A stretch of DNA of 64,000 bases from Cyclobacteriaceae bacterium (GTDB lineage: Bacteria > Bacteroidota > Bacteroidia > Cytophagales > Cyclobacteriaceae): NCBI GenBank assembly GCA_036381475.1, contig DASVCT010000262.1, forward strand, positions 1,298 through 65,297. Reading direction: 5' to 3'. Position 1 is the first letter of the stretch; each line of letters opens with the position of its first letter. Below are positions 56,400 through 64,000 of this stretch, one piece after another. The translations under genes and the position numbers were made by a program. A model generated the notes under the pieces. The model did not search any database, had not been told where the DNA came from, and saw nothing but the letters and a program-made list of their open reading frames with translations.

Positions 56400-57083
56400 C
56401 TAGTTCAGCTTGAACACGATCGGCAGCACCATTTTCTGACGCACGGGCTTTCCTCTTTGTTTCCCGGGCTTCCACTTCGGCGCACCCTTAACCACGTTGA
56501 CTGCAAGTTCATCACATCCTGCGCCAATACCCTTGATGGCCTTCACGTCGGTGAGCGAACCGTCCTTCTCAACCACGAACTCTACGAACACACGTCCTTC
56601 GATACCCATGCGCCGGGCCTGAGCGGGGTATTTACCTTGCATGGCCTTGGCTACATATTCATAGAATGCGTTCATGCCGCCAATAGGAGCTGCGGTCTCT
56701 TCAACCACCAGGAAGATTTCATTGGGGTCTTCCTTTTCAACTTCCTGCGGCTGGATGGTGATCACCTCAACCTTGGTATCTTCGGTGATTTCGTTATCCA
56801 TATCGATCTCGATCTCCTCCTCGATCACCGTTTCGTCAGGAACCTCAACGATTTGTGGCTGCTGAACTTTCGGGGGTGGTGGAGGCGGCTGCTCCGTGGG
56901 AGGCACATCAATTATCTCCTCGAAGATATTGCTGTTTCGGGCGAGATCATCCACATTGGAGTCGTCACGGACCTTGTGTTCAAAGGCAAATACGGCGATC
57001 AAAAGAGCGACCACAAGCCCAATATTGAAAAACAGCCCGGATTTCTTCGTGAGATCGGCTTTTTCGGTCTTCTTGGGTTCCAT
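56400..57083 (-). CDS. tonB: energy transducer TonB
   Basis: N-terminal TM, a Pro-rich 'PPTEQPPPPPPKVQQPQ' segment, and TonB_C 'IEGRVFVEFVVEKDGSLTDVKAIKGIGAGCDE'. Confidence 0.85.
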   Translation of the reverse strand: MEPKKTEKADLTKKSGLFFNIGLVVALLIAVFAFEHKVRDDSNVDDLARNSNIFEEIIDVPPTEQPPPPPPKVQQPQIVEVPDETVIEEEIEIDMDNEITEDTKVEVITIQPQEVEKEDPNEIFLVVEETAAPIGGMNAFYEYVAKAMQGKYPAQARRMGIEGRVFVEFVVEKDGSLTDVKAIKGIGAGCDELAVNVVKGAPKWKPGKQRGKPVRQKMVLPIVFKLN

Positions 57084-57110
57084 AGGTTTAGATATTTACC
57101 GATAGAATAC

Positions 57111-57118
57111 CAAAGTTA
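57111..57118 (-). promoter_or_regulatory. candidate -7 promoter box (TAACTTTG) for tonB
   Basis: Matches TAnnTTTG on the minus strand, 28 nt upstream of the tonB ATG. Confidence 0.4.
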
Positions 57119-57161
57119 GCAAATAGTCACAGTTTTGAAACACAAAAAAACTGATTTAAGG

Positions 57162-57896
57162 CTATTTCCGTGCTCCGTAGAACAGGGTTATAAAAAGAGT
57201 GGGGAACACGGAATAGTTCCGCGCCTCAGGGACAAGTTCGATTTCGCTCGTATATGCATCCAGGAGGAACCCGGCCTCAAACCCGGTTACCTGATTCTTA
57301 CTGGTGCCTAACTCGAAATTGAGGGCGGCTTTGAGATTGCCTCCGATTTTTAGCTTGGAATCGCCGATGCCTTCGAACAGTCGTCCTGTGCCATAGATTG
57401 ACAGGACATCCATTCCGGGTTTATATTGCTCGTGAATAGTAAAGCCGAAGCCTCCGTCGGACGCGCGCTCCACGTAATAGGGCGCGACGATCCCCAATGT
57501 AGGCCCTGCCGCGAATACAGCCTTTATCTCAACCCCCTGTTGCGGGGCTTTCTTGAAAAGGATGAGGTCGCGTCCATACTGAAACCGGAGCGCGTACAGG
57601 TAATTGCTCTTTCCGTAAATAAAGAAATTGCCTGTGGTCGATGAATTGACCCTTCGCTCCTGGGGATGCTTTACATTCATGACTTCCAGGCCGAAGGTTT
57701 CAAGTTGCCGCTCAGTCAGCTTGCGTGCTTTCTTGAAGACAAATCCGCCGATGAGACCACCGGATGTGTTCTTGTTAATTCCCCAGGTAAATTCTGATTG
57801 GTATTCGTAGCTGTCCTGCGTCTGCGCGTACACTGGTGTTACGAGCAGCGCCGAAAGAACGAGGGCGACGGAGCATGTACAGATTCTAGCCAACAT
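57162..57896 (-). CDS. hypothetical outer-membrane beta-barrel-like protein
   Basis: Signal peptide 'CSVALVLSALLVTPVYAQ'; alternating hydrophobic/polar strands rich in Gly and aromatics. No family recognised. Confidence 0.6.
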   Translation of the reverse strand: MLARICTCSVALVLSALLVTPVYAQTQDSYEYQSEFTWGINKNTSGGLIGGFVFKKARKLTERQLETFGLEVMNVKHPQERRVNSSTTGNFFIYGKSNYLYALRFQYGRDLILFKKAPQQGVEIKAVFAAGPTLGIVAPYYVERASDGGFGFTIHEQYKPGMDVLSIYGTGRLFEGIGDSKLKIGGNLKAALNFELGTSKNQVTGFEAGFLLDAYTSEIELVPEARNYSVFPTLFITLFYGARK

Positions 57897-58015
57897 ACCA
57901 AATGACTTCCTTAAAGTTATGATTTAATGCCAAACCGCAAAAGGGAAATGATGGCCAACCTTTAATAAATGCATTTCCGTGCAACCAGGCTATTTCAGCC
58001 GGAACATCCCGGGTA

Positions 58016-60190
58016 TCAATCGTACCAGAGGCCCTCTTCCCCCTTGTCATACCGTGGCTTGCCTACCTTTTGTTTCAGGTGCTCGGGTTGAGTGTCGTTC
58101 TTTTTGAAGGTCCGGGTCCACCATAGCCGGAAGCCGGTAAGCACGTCCTTTTCACCCTTGACGTTGTTCTTGTTGATCTTTACAAACCGGGCATCGGGAT
58201 GCAGGTCACTCTTGCTAAAGAGTTTGAACTTGTTCATCCGGATGTTGCCCTGGTAGGCCGATACCCTGGCAAATGCGCGACCCGGTTCCCGCACCTTCAG
58301 CGCACCGTCCGCGCTGCTGGGGTTGCGAACATACCGGTATGCCACGGTGCGGCTTCGAATGTCCGCTACGTCAAAGGTGTTTTTTTCCGGCTTCGCCTTC
58401 TTGAGGGCATCGTCGGCTGCATTGCGATTCCGCACATAACTTCTGCCAAAGGCGGATAGCCGCACGTTGCCTTTGTAACGAAAGGCCGCAACATGCACGT
58501 CAGAAGGCGGCTTGCTTTTGATTGGCGTTTCTTTGTTATTCCACAACTTGCCGCTCACGCTTTGTCCGGCGTTGCGGGATGTAAATGGCCGGTTCCCTTT
58601 GATGTTACCCTGAAAAATCGCCTGCGTCCGAATGCTGCGCGGAGGAGCCTTTCCTACCAGCGGCATGCCGTCGTTGTTCCAATGGTCACGGCCTTTGCTT
58701 TTGCCGGCATCTTTCGACTCCATTGGTCGTTTCAAGCGCATATTTCCCTGGAAGGCACCAGCCCGCAAATCCGCGCTGGTCGCCGGCTTCCTCGGGAGCG
58801 GCTGCTCCTTGTTGTTCCACAAAATGCCGCTCTTACTCTTTCCTGCACGACGAGGCGTCAACGGCGGACGCCACTTGACATTGCCCTGGAACGCGCCAGC
58901 GCGCAAGTCCGTCGAAGTCGGAGGCTTGCGGGAAAGCGCCCGTTCCTGGTTATTCCATAACACGCCACTGCGACTCTTGCCTGCTCTTCGTGGCGTAAGC
59001 GGTTGATGCCATTTGGCATTGCCCTGAAACGTTCCGGCGCGAAGGGTGGCTGCAGAGGGCTGGCGTCTGGGAAGGGGATTACCCTCGTTGTTCCACAATT
59101 TGCCGCTGCGGCTCTTGCCGGCGCGCCGAGGCGTAAGGGGTGTCTGCGTCTTCGAGCGGACGGTGACGCCGCCGACGCCTAAGATCCCGATGCCTGGGGC
59201 CTTACGCGGCATTGCCCTTCCCGGTCGCTTTTCGCCGGACACAGTCGCGCTTATGTACCCCGTCCCTTTGCGCCGGGAATGCATTCGGGAGTCTCCGAAG
59301 CGCGGCTGTGAGGCTTGCAAACGCATGGGCAATCTCCCTCCGGTTTGCATCTTCGTGCGTGGATCACTCTTGCGGATCCTTCGGCCAGATATGTCGCCCT
59401 TCCAGGCTCTCGGCGTACGGATACCGGACATCAATACCTGGGCTGGTCCGCGATAGGGCCTGTCGTCGCCGACGCGCTTGCGGCCCCTGTACGGATCAGG
59501 AGGTTGAACGAGAGGCTGAGGTGGGGTTTGATAATTCTTACCCCGGGGTCGACGTCCGGCGGGGTCGGTAAGTCGGGCCTGATCGCCTCGCTTATGTTTC
59601 CGCGAGAACCGCGCGATCGGGTTGATGCTGGTATGGCGGATGTATGCGCGTGAAGCCGATCGGGGGACGACGCGTTTTTTTCCTCTTCCATAATCGCCCG
59701 GATCGCGCTGTATGGTCTTCAGATGGGCAAGCTGAGGTTTGTTGGAGTACACGTTGCGCGCCTTCCCAGTCGCAGAACGCACGCGTACGCGACGACCGAA
59801 AACGCCGTCACTCCATGGCTTTTGGGAGTCGCGGGGACGCGTTCCCATGAGGGGCGCCACCGGCTTTCCTGCGCGATCGCCCTTCCGCCTGTTCGCGGCT
59901 GCCCGGGCAGCCTTCGGTGGAGGATAGATGGCTTCGGCGCGAGCTGCCGACGATTTATTGCGGGTCCTTACGCGCCGGCCTGCGACGTCCCGGGTCTTGG
60001 GCCGGTCTCCCTTCTTATCTCGCGTTTTCATCCTCGTTTCGCGGAGTTTGCCACTGTTGCGCACGGGCTTATCGCCGCGTCGCTCCTGCGAATACGCTGG
60101 CGCACCCAGCAAAAAGACGACTATTGCGAGGATGGCGATCCTGACAAACCGGCTAAAAATGGAGGCATTATGGTACCTGTGCCTGTTCAA
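58016..60190 (-). CDS. secreted, highly basic repeat protein of unknown function
   Basis: 724-aa ORF with a TTG start and a signal peptide 'IAILAIVVFLLGAPAYSQ'. Arg/Lys/Pro/Gly-rich, with five 46-aa tandem repeats. Repeat copies differ by synonymous changes, which supports this frame. Confidence 0.7.
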   Translation of the reverse strand: MNRHRYHNASIFSRFVRIAILAIVVFLLGAPAYSQERRGDKPVRNSGKLRETRMKTRDKKGDRPKTRDVAGRRVRTRNKSSAARAEAIYPPPKAARAAANRRKGDRAGKPVAPLMGTRPRDSQKPWSDGVFGRRVRVRSATGKARNVYSNKPQLAHLKTIQRDPGDYGRGKKRVVPRSASRAYIRHTSINPIARFSRKHKRGDQARLTDPAGRRPRGKNYQTPPQPLVQPPDPYRGRKRVGDDRPYRGPAQVLMSGIRTPRAWKGDISGRRIRKSDPRTKMQTGGRLPMRLQASQPRFGDSRMHSRRKGTGYISATVSGEKRPGRAMPRKAPGIGILGVGGVTVRSKTQTPLTPRRAGKSRSGKLWNNEGNPLPRRQPSAATLRAGTFQGNAKWHQPLTPRRAGKSRSGVLWNNQERALSRKPPTSTDLRAGAFQGNVKWRPPLTPRRAGKSKSGILWNNKEQPLPRKPATSADLRAGAFQGNMRLKRPMESKDAGKSKGRDHWNNDGMPLVGKAPPRSIRTQAIFQGNIKGNRPFTSRNAGQSVSGKLWNNKETPIKSKPPSDVHVAAFRYKGNVRLSAFGRSYVRNRNAADDALKKAKPEKNTFDVADIRSRTVAYRYVRNPSSADGALKVREPGRAFARVSAYQGNIRMNKFKLFSKSDLHPDARFVKINKNNVKGEKDVLTGFRLWWTRTFKKNDTQPEHLKQKVGKPRYDKGEEGLWYD
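58451..59140 (-). repeat. five tandem 138-nt (46-codon) repeats inside the basic-protein CDS
   Basis: Residues 351-580. Unit: PLTPRRAGKS[RK]SG.LWNN....L.RK.P.....LRAG.FQGN.K. Copies 1-3 are well conserved; copies 4-5 are degenerate. Confidence 0.85.
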
Positions 60191-60222
60191 AAAAATGGGA
60201 AGTAAATAACCCGCTAATTTAC

Positions 60223-62220
60223 CTAAAATTTCATCAACTCTCTGATTCCGGCCCTCAAGCGTCCTTTTGGCAGGAAGTTCTGCTCCAAAGCGGGGGCGAA
60301 TGGAACAGGGGTGTCCAGCGAGGCTATGCGAAATACCGGCGCATCCAGGTGTTTAAAGCACGTTTCGGCGATCCAGGCCGCCAATTCAGCCCCTATCCCC
60401 CCTGTTAACGTATCTTCATGCAGTATCAGTACGCGGCCGGTCTTTTTCACGGTGGCACCGACCGTTTCCTTGTCCCACGGAAGCAAGGTGCGTAAGTCGA
60501 CAATTTCGGCATCGATGCCCATTGCGTCAACTGCTTCGCGCGCCCAGTGCACGCCCATCCCGTATGTGATAATGGAGATGTCGTTGCCCGGGCGATCGAT
60601 CTTTGCCTTGCCGATTTCTACCGTGTAATATTCCGCCGGCACCGGCCCGTTCAAAGAGCGGTACAGATACTTATGCTCGAAGTACATCACCGGGTTGGGA
60701 TCTTCGAATGCGGCGCAAAGCAAACCTTTCGCGTCGTAAGGCGTTGCCGGATACACAATCTTCAATCCGGGTGTATGAAAAAACCACGCCTCGGTGCTTT
60801 GTGAGTGAAAGGGTCCCGCGGCTGTACCCGCTCCGGTAGGCATGCGGATCACCACGTCGGCGGACTGGCCCCATCGCCAGTGCACCTTAGCCAGATTGTT
60901 CACGATCTGGTTGAACCCTTCGGTAACGAAGTCGGCAAACTGCATCTCCACCATGGCCTTCATTCCCTTAATGGCCAGGCCAAGTGCTGCTCCCACCACG
61001 GCAGCTTCACATAGCGGCGTGTTGCGCACCCGGTCTTCGCCAAAGCGCTTCAACAATCCATCCGTGACCTTGAAGACGCCGCCGTACGCTGCGATGTCCT
61101 GACCCATCAGCACCAGGTTCGGAAAGCGTTCCATACACTGCAGAAGTCCCTCCGATATGGCGTCAATAAACCTGCGTTCCGGATAATCGCCGTGCGGTGG
61201 ATTAGTCTGAGGCGTCGCGACCGGAGCATAAACGTCGGCCAGTTCGCGTTCCGTGTCGGGTTCGATGGGTGGTTCAGAAAACGCTTTCATCGCCGACTCG
61301 ATCTCATTCCGAATATTTGCACGGATGGCCGCGATCTCATCTTTTCGGGCGATCTTCGCTTTGATCAGAAAGGCCTCATAGTTTTCGATCGGGTCTTTTG
61401 TTTTCCACTCATCAAACAGCGACGCCGGCACGTATCGTGTGCCCGAAGCCTCTTCATGACCGCGCATGCGGAATGTCATGCATTCAACAAGTACCGGCGC
61501 GGGACGTTCACGGATGCGGGAGGCGAGATCGCGAATAGTCTTATATACTTCCAGGATGTTGTTGCCGTCGATGGTCATACCTTCGATGCCATACCCGGAT
61601 GCTTTGGCCGCAAGAGACGAACACTTGAACTGCTGAGAATTCGGCGTTGATAGCCCGTAGCCATTATTCTCGATAATAAAAATCGCAGGCAGATCCCAAA
61701 CCGCGGCAAGGTTGACCGCTTCATGGAAGTCGCCCTCGCTCGTGCCTCCGTCGCCATTGAAGACAACCGTGACCTTATGTTCGCGCCTGATCTTGTGTGC
61801 CAGCGCGACGCCTGCGGCAACGCCGTTCTGAGGCCCGAGGTGAGAAATCATTCCGACGATATGATGGTCGTGAGAGCCGAAATGAAAGGACCGGTCTCTC
61901 CCTTTCGTGAATCCGCCTGCGGTTCCCTGCCATTGGGCAAATAGACGCTCTAACGGCACGCCGCGGACGGTGAACACACCGAGATTTCGGTGCATGGGAA
62001 AGATGTATTCGTCGGGCTCGAGTGCGGCAGCGACGCCAACAGCGATAGCTTCCTGGCCGATGCCACTGAACCATTTGCTGATCCTGTTCTGACGGAGCAG
62101 GATGAGCATCTTTTCTTCGATCAGCCTGGGGCGAAGCAGGTGCTCGAACAAGGCAACAAGCTCCTGGTCTGATAGTCCTTCCCGGTTGTACTCCATGGCG
62201 CGTGACGCCGCCAATTTCAC
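60223..62220 (-). CDS. 2-oxoacid dehydrogenase E1 component, fused alpha and beta subunits (TPP-dependent)
   Basis: The alpha part has 'GDGGTSEGDFHEAVNLAAVW'. The beta part has the transketolase-like 'EAAVVGAALGLAIKGMKAMVEMQFADF'. GTG at 62220 or ATG at 62196. Confidence 0.85.
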   Translation of the reverse strand: MKLAASRAMEYNREGLSDQELVALFEHLLRPRLIEEKMLILLRQNRISKWFSGIGQEAIAVGVAAALEPDEYIFPMHRNLGVFTVRGVPLERLFAQWQGTAGGFTKGRDRSFHFGSHDHHIVGMISHLGPQNGVAAGVALAHKIRREHKVTVVFNGDGGTSEGDFHEAVNLAAVWDLPAIFIIENNGYGLSTPNSQQFKCSSLAAKASGYGIEGMTIDGNNILEVYKTIRDLASRIRERPAPVLVECMTFRMRGHEEASGTRYVPASLFDEWKTKDPIENYEAFLIKAKIARKDEIAAIRANIRNEIESAMKAFSEPPIEPDTERELADVYAPVATPQTNPPHGDYPERRFIDAISEGLLQCMERFPNLVLMGQDIAAYGGVFKVTDGLLKRFGEDRVRNTPLCEAAVVGAALGLAIKGMKAMVEMQFADFVTEGFNQIVNNLAKVHWRWGQSADVVIRMPTGAGTAAGPFHSQSTEAWFFHTPGLKIVYPATPYDAKGLLCAAFEDPNPVMYFEHKYLYRSLNGPVPAEYYTVEIGKAKIDRPGNDISIITYGMGVHWAREAVDAMGIDAEIVDLRTLLPWDKETVGATVKKTGRVLILHEDTLTGGIGAELAAWIAETCFKHLDAPVFRIASLDTPVPFAPALEQNFLPKGRLRAGIRELMKF

Positions 62221-62252
62221 AAAATAAAGTCAAGTTGTGAGGTTGTTCTTAT

Positions 62253-62260
62253 TATTTTTG
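62253..62260 (+). promoter_or_regulatory. candidate -7 promoter box (TATTTTTG) for the M16 peptidase gene
   Basis: Matches TAnnTTTG and ends 6 nt before the ATG at 62267. Confidence 0.4.
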
Positions 62261-62266
62261 CCCCCT

Positions 62267-63535
62267 ATGATTCGGTATGAGGCGTTTACCCTGGACAATG
62301 GGCTGCGTGTAATCGTGCATGAGGATTCCTCAGTGGAAATCGCCGTCATGAACATCATGTATGACGTGGGTTCGCGGGATGAACAGCCGGACAAGACAGG
62401 ATTCGCCCACTTGTTCGAACATCTGATGTTTGGCGGTTCCGCTAACATTCCTTCATACGACGAACCGCTACAGCGCGTAGGTGGAGAAAGCAATGCATTC
62501 ACGAACACGGATGTCACCAACTATTACCTGACGGTACCTGCTGCGAATATCGAAACGGGATTCTGGCTTGAGAGCGATCGTATGCTGAGCCTTTCCTTCG
62601 ATCCGGAAGTACTCGAAGTACAGCGAAAGGTGGTCATCGAAGAATTCAAGCAAAACTATCTCAACCAACCTTATGGCGATGTTTGGCTGAAGCTCAGACC
62701 TCTGGTGTATGACGTTCATCCTTACCAGTGGGCAACCATTGGAAAGGATATCAGCCATATCGCAAACGCCACGCTCGACGAAGTGAAAGATTTCTTTTAC
62801 CGGTACTACGTTCCTTCCAACGCCATTCTCGTAGTGGCGGGCAAGGTAACCGTACCGCAAGTCCGAACGCTGGCTGAAAAATGGTTCGGTCCCATCTCCG
62901 CCGGCAATCCTCCGCGCCGCGCATTGGCCCGTGAGCCCATTCAGCAGAAAGCAAAGTTCGCAGCATATACTGCTGATGTGCCGGCGGATGCGTTCTACCA
63001 GGCATTTCATATATCCGGCCGGTTCGACGATGATTTTTATGCGGCCGACCTGGTGTCAGATGCACTCGGACGCGGTCCGTCAAGTCGCCTGTACCAACAA
63101 CTCGTACGTAAGAAGGAAATGTTCACTTCGATCAGCACACATACAACCGGCTCTATCGATCCCGGTATGCTGGTGATCAGCGGAAGGGTGAGACCCGGCG
63201 TGGCGCTGGAGGACGCGCACGAGGCGGTGGAGGCCATGGTGAGCGCCGTGGCCGACAAAGGCCTCGAAGAAGAGGAACTTGAACGCGTAAAGGCTCAGGC
63301 AGAGTCGTCACTTGAGTTTGCGGAGGTTGAGGTGTTGAATCGCGCCATCAACCTGGCGTTTGCCACCTTGTCCGGCGATACGTCGGTCGTGAACAAAGAA
63401 GCGGAGCGCATTGCACGAGTCGGACCCGAAGATATTCGCCGCGTGGCCGCCAGCGTGCTTCGCGACGATAACGCGTCGGTTATGTATTATCGAAGCAATC
63501 GTGCATCGGGCGAAGCACTCAAAGAAGTGTCATGA
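62267..63535 (+). CDS. M16 (pitrilysin/insulinase) family zinc peptidase
   Basis: Inverted zinc motif 'HLFEHLMF' (HxxEH). ATG at 62267. Confidence 0.85.
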   Translation: MIRYEAFTLDNGLRVIVHEDSSVEIAVMNIMYDVGSRDEQPDKTGFAHLFEHLMFGGSANIPSYDEPLQRVGGESNAFTNTDVTNYYLTVPAANIETGFWLESDRMLSLSFDPEVLEVQRKVVIEEFKQNYLNQPYGDVWLKLRPLVYDVHPYQWATIGKDISHIANATLDEVKDFFYRYYVPSNAILVVAGKVTVPQVRTLAEKWFGPISAGNPPRRALAREPIQQKAKFAAYTADVPADAFYQAFHISGRFDDDFYAADLVSDALGRGPSSRLYQQLVRKKEMFTSISTHTTGSIDPGMLVISGRVRPGVALEDAHEAVEAMVSAVADKGLEEEELERVKAQAESSLEFAEVEVLNRAINLAFATLSGDTSVVNKEAERIARVGPEDIRRVAASVLRDDNASVMYYRSNRASGEALKEVS

Positions 63536-64000
63536 AAATTCGTGTGGGCATGGGGTTTGACGTCCACCGGCTTGAGGCGGGACGTGAATTTATTATCGGT
63601 GGAATACGCCTCGAACATTCTGGCAAAGGAGCTGTAGGCCACTCGGACGCCGATGTTCTCATTCATGCCATTTGCGATGCGCTCCTGGGTGCCGCTAATC
63701 TTCGCGACATCGGCTTTCATTTTGCGAACAACGACAGTCGCTGGAAGGATATGGACAGCAAATACTTTCTCGGCGAAGTTGTGAAGATGCTGTCGGAGCA
63801 TGGTTGGAAGGTTGGTAACGTCGACTGCACGATATGCCTGGAGCAACCCAAGATCAATCCCTACGTTGAGGCGATGCGAGAAACCCTGGCGCCTATTATG
63901 TGCGTGGAGCCGGATGCGGTTTCGATCAAGGCAACGACCAACGAGAAGCTCGGATATATCGGGCGTGAAGAGGGCGTTAGCGCATCGGCCGTAGCGTTGA
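63532..64000 (+). CDS. ispF: 2-C-methyl-D-erythritol 2,4-cyclodiphosphate synthase; 3' end cut by the window
   Basis: Not in the ORF track because no stop codon falls inside the window. My translation is MKIRVGMGFDVHRLEAGREFIIGGIRLEHSGKGAVGHSDADVLIHAICDALLGA..., with an ATGA overlap onto the peptidase stop codon. Confidence 0.9.
   Translation, partial: MKIRVGMGFDVHRLEAGREFIIGGIRLEHSGKGAVGHSDADVLIHAICDALLGAANLRDIGFHFANNDSRWKDMDSKYFLGEVVKMLSEHGWKVGNVDCTICLEQPKINPYVEAMRETLAPIMCVEPDAVSIKATTNEKLGYIGREEGVSASAVAL

Noticed and set aside
58199-60209. Many plus-strand ORFs of 60-160 aa inside the basic-protein gene (for example 58493..58960, 59046..59456, 59723..60205)
   Set aside because: They are shadow ORFs in a GC-rich, repeat-containing region. 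The synonymous-substitution pattern between repeat copies supports the minus-strand 724-aa frame.

Overview
This 64-kb segment looks like a Bacteroidota chromosome. Supporting signs are T9SS C-terminal sorting domains, a PorZ-like propeller protein, a fused ccoNO cbb3 oxidase, CarboxypepD_reg domains, TAnnTTTG -7 boxes and very short leaders. It holds about 60 tightly packed protein genes plus tRNA-Lys and tRNA-Val, and most of the genes are housekeeping. In order: otsA/otsB fusion and a GH15 enzyme; two ECF sigma/anti-sigma pairs; gmk-nadD; a complete cbb3 oxidase cluster (Cu-ATPase, ccoS, ccoNO, ccoQ, ccoP, ccoG, fixH, TauE-like); recO; tdk; the rod-shape operon mreB-mreC-mreD-mrdA-rodA; purH; the omega-amidase/aminotransferase pair; def; ruvX; ctp; hmgA; purN; a TPP-riboswitch-controlled TonB-dependent receptor; pyrH-frr; ppc; chrA; tonB; a fused 2-oxoacid dehydrogenase E1; an M16 peptidase; and ispF (3' end cut by the window). 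I see no rRNA, CRISPR array, transposase, integrase, phage gene or recognisable defence gene, and no convincing multi-gene novel system. The items that stand out are: (1) a 724-aa secreted, extremely Arg/Lys-rich protein built from five 46-residue tandem repeats, with no family I can name; (2) three unrelated intergenic short-period (6-8 nt) tandem-repeat elements, two of them arranged as long inverted arms, one sitting between the two tRNAs; (3) an anti-sigma factor fused to CarboxypepD_reg and TonB_C domains; (4) a small cytoplasmic ZAS-type anti-sigma factor translationally coupled to gmk. All family calls come from reading motifs in the translations by eye. No database search was run.
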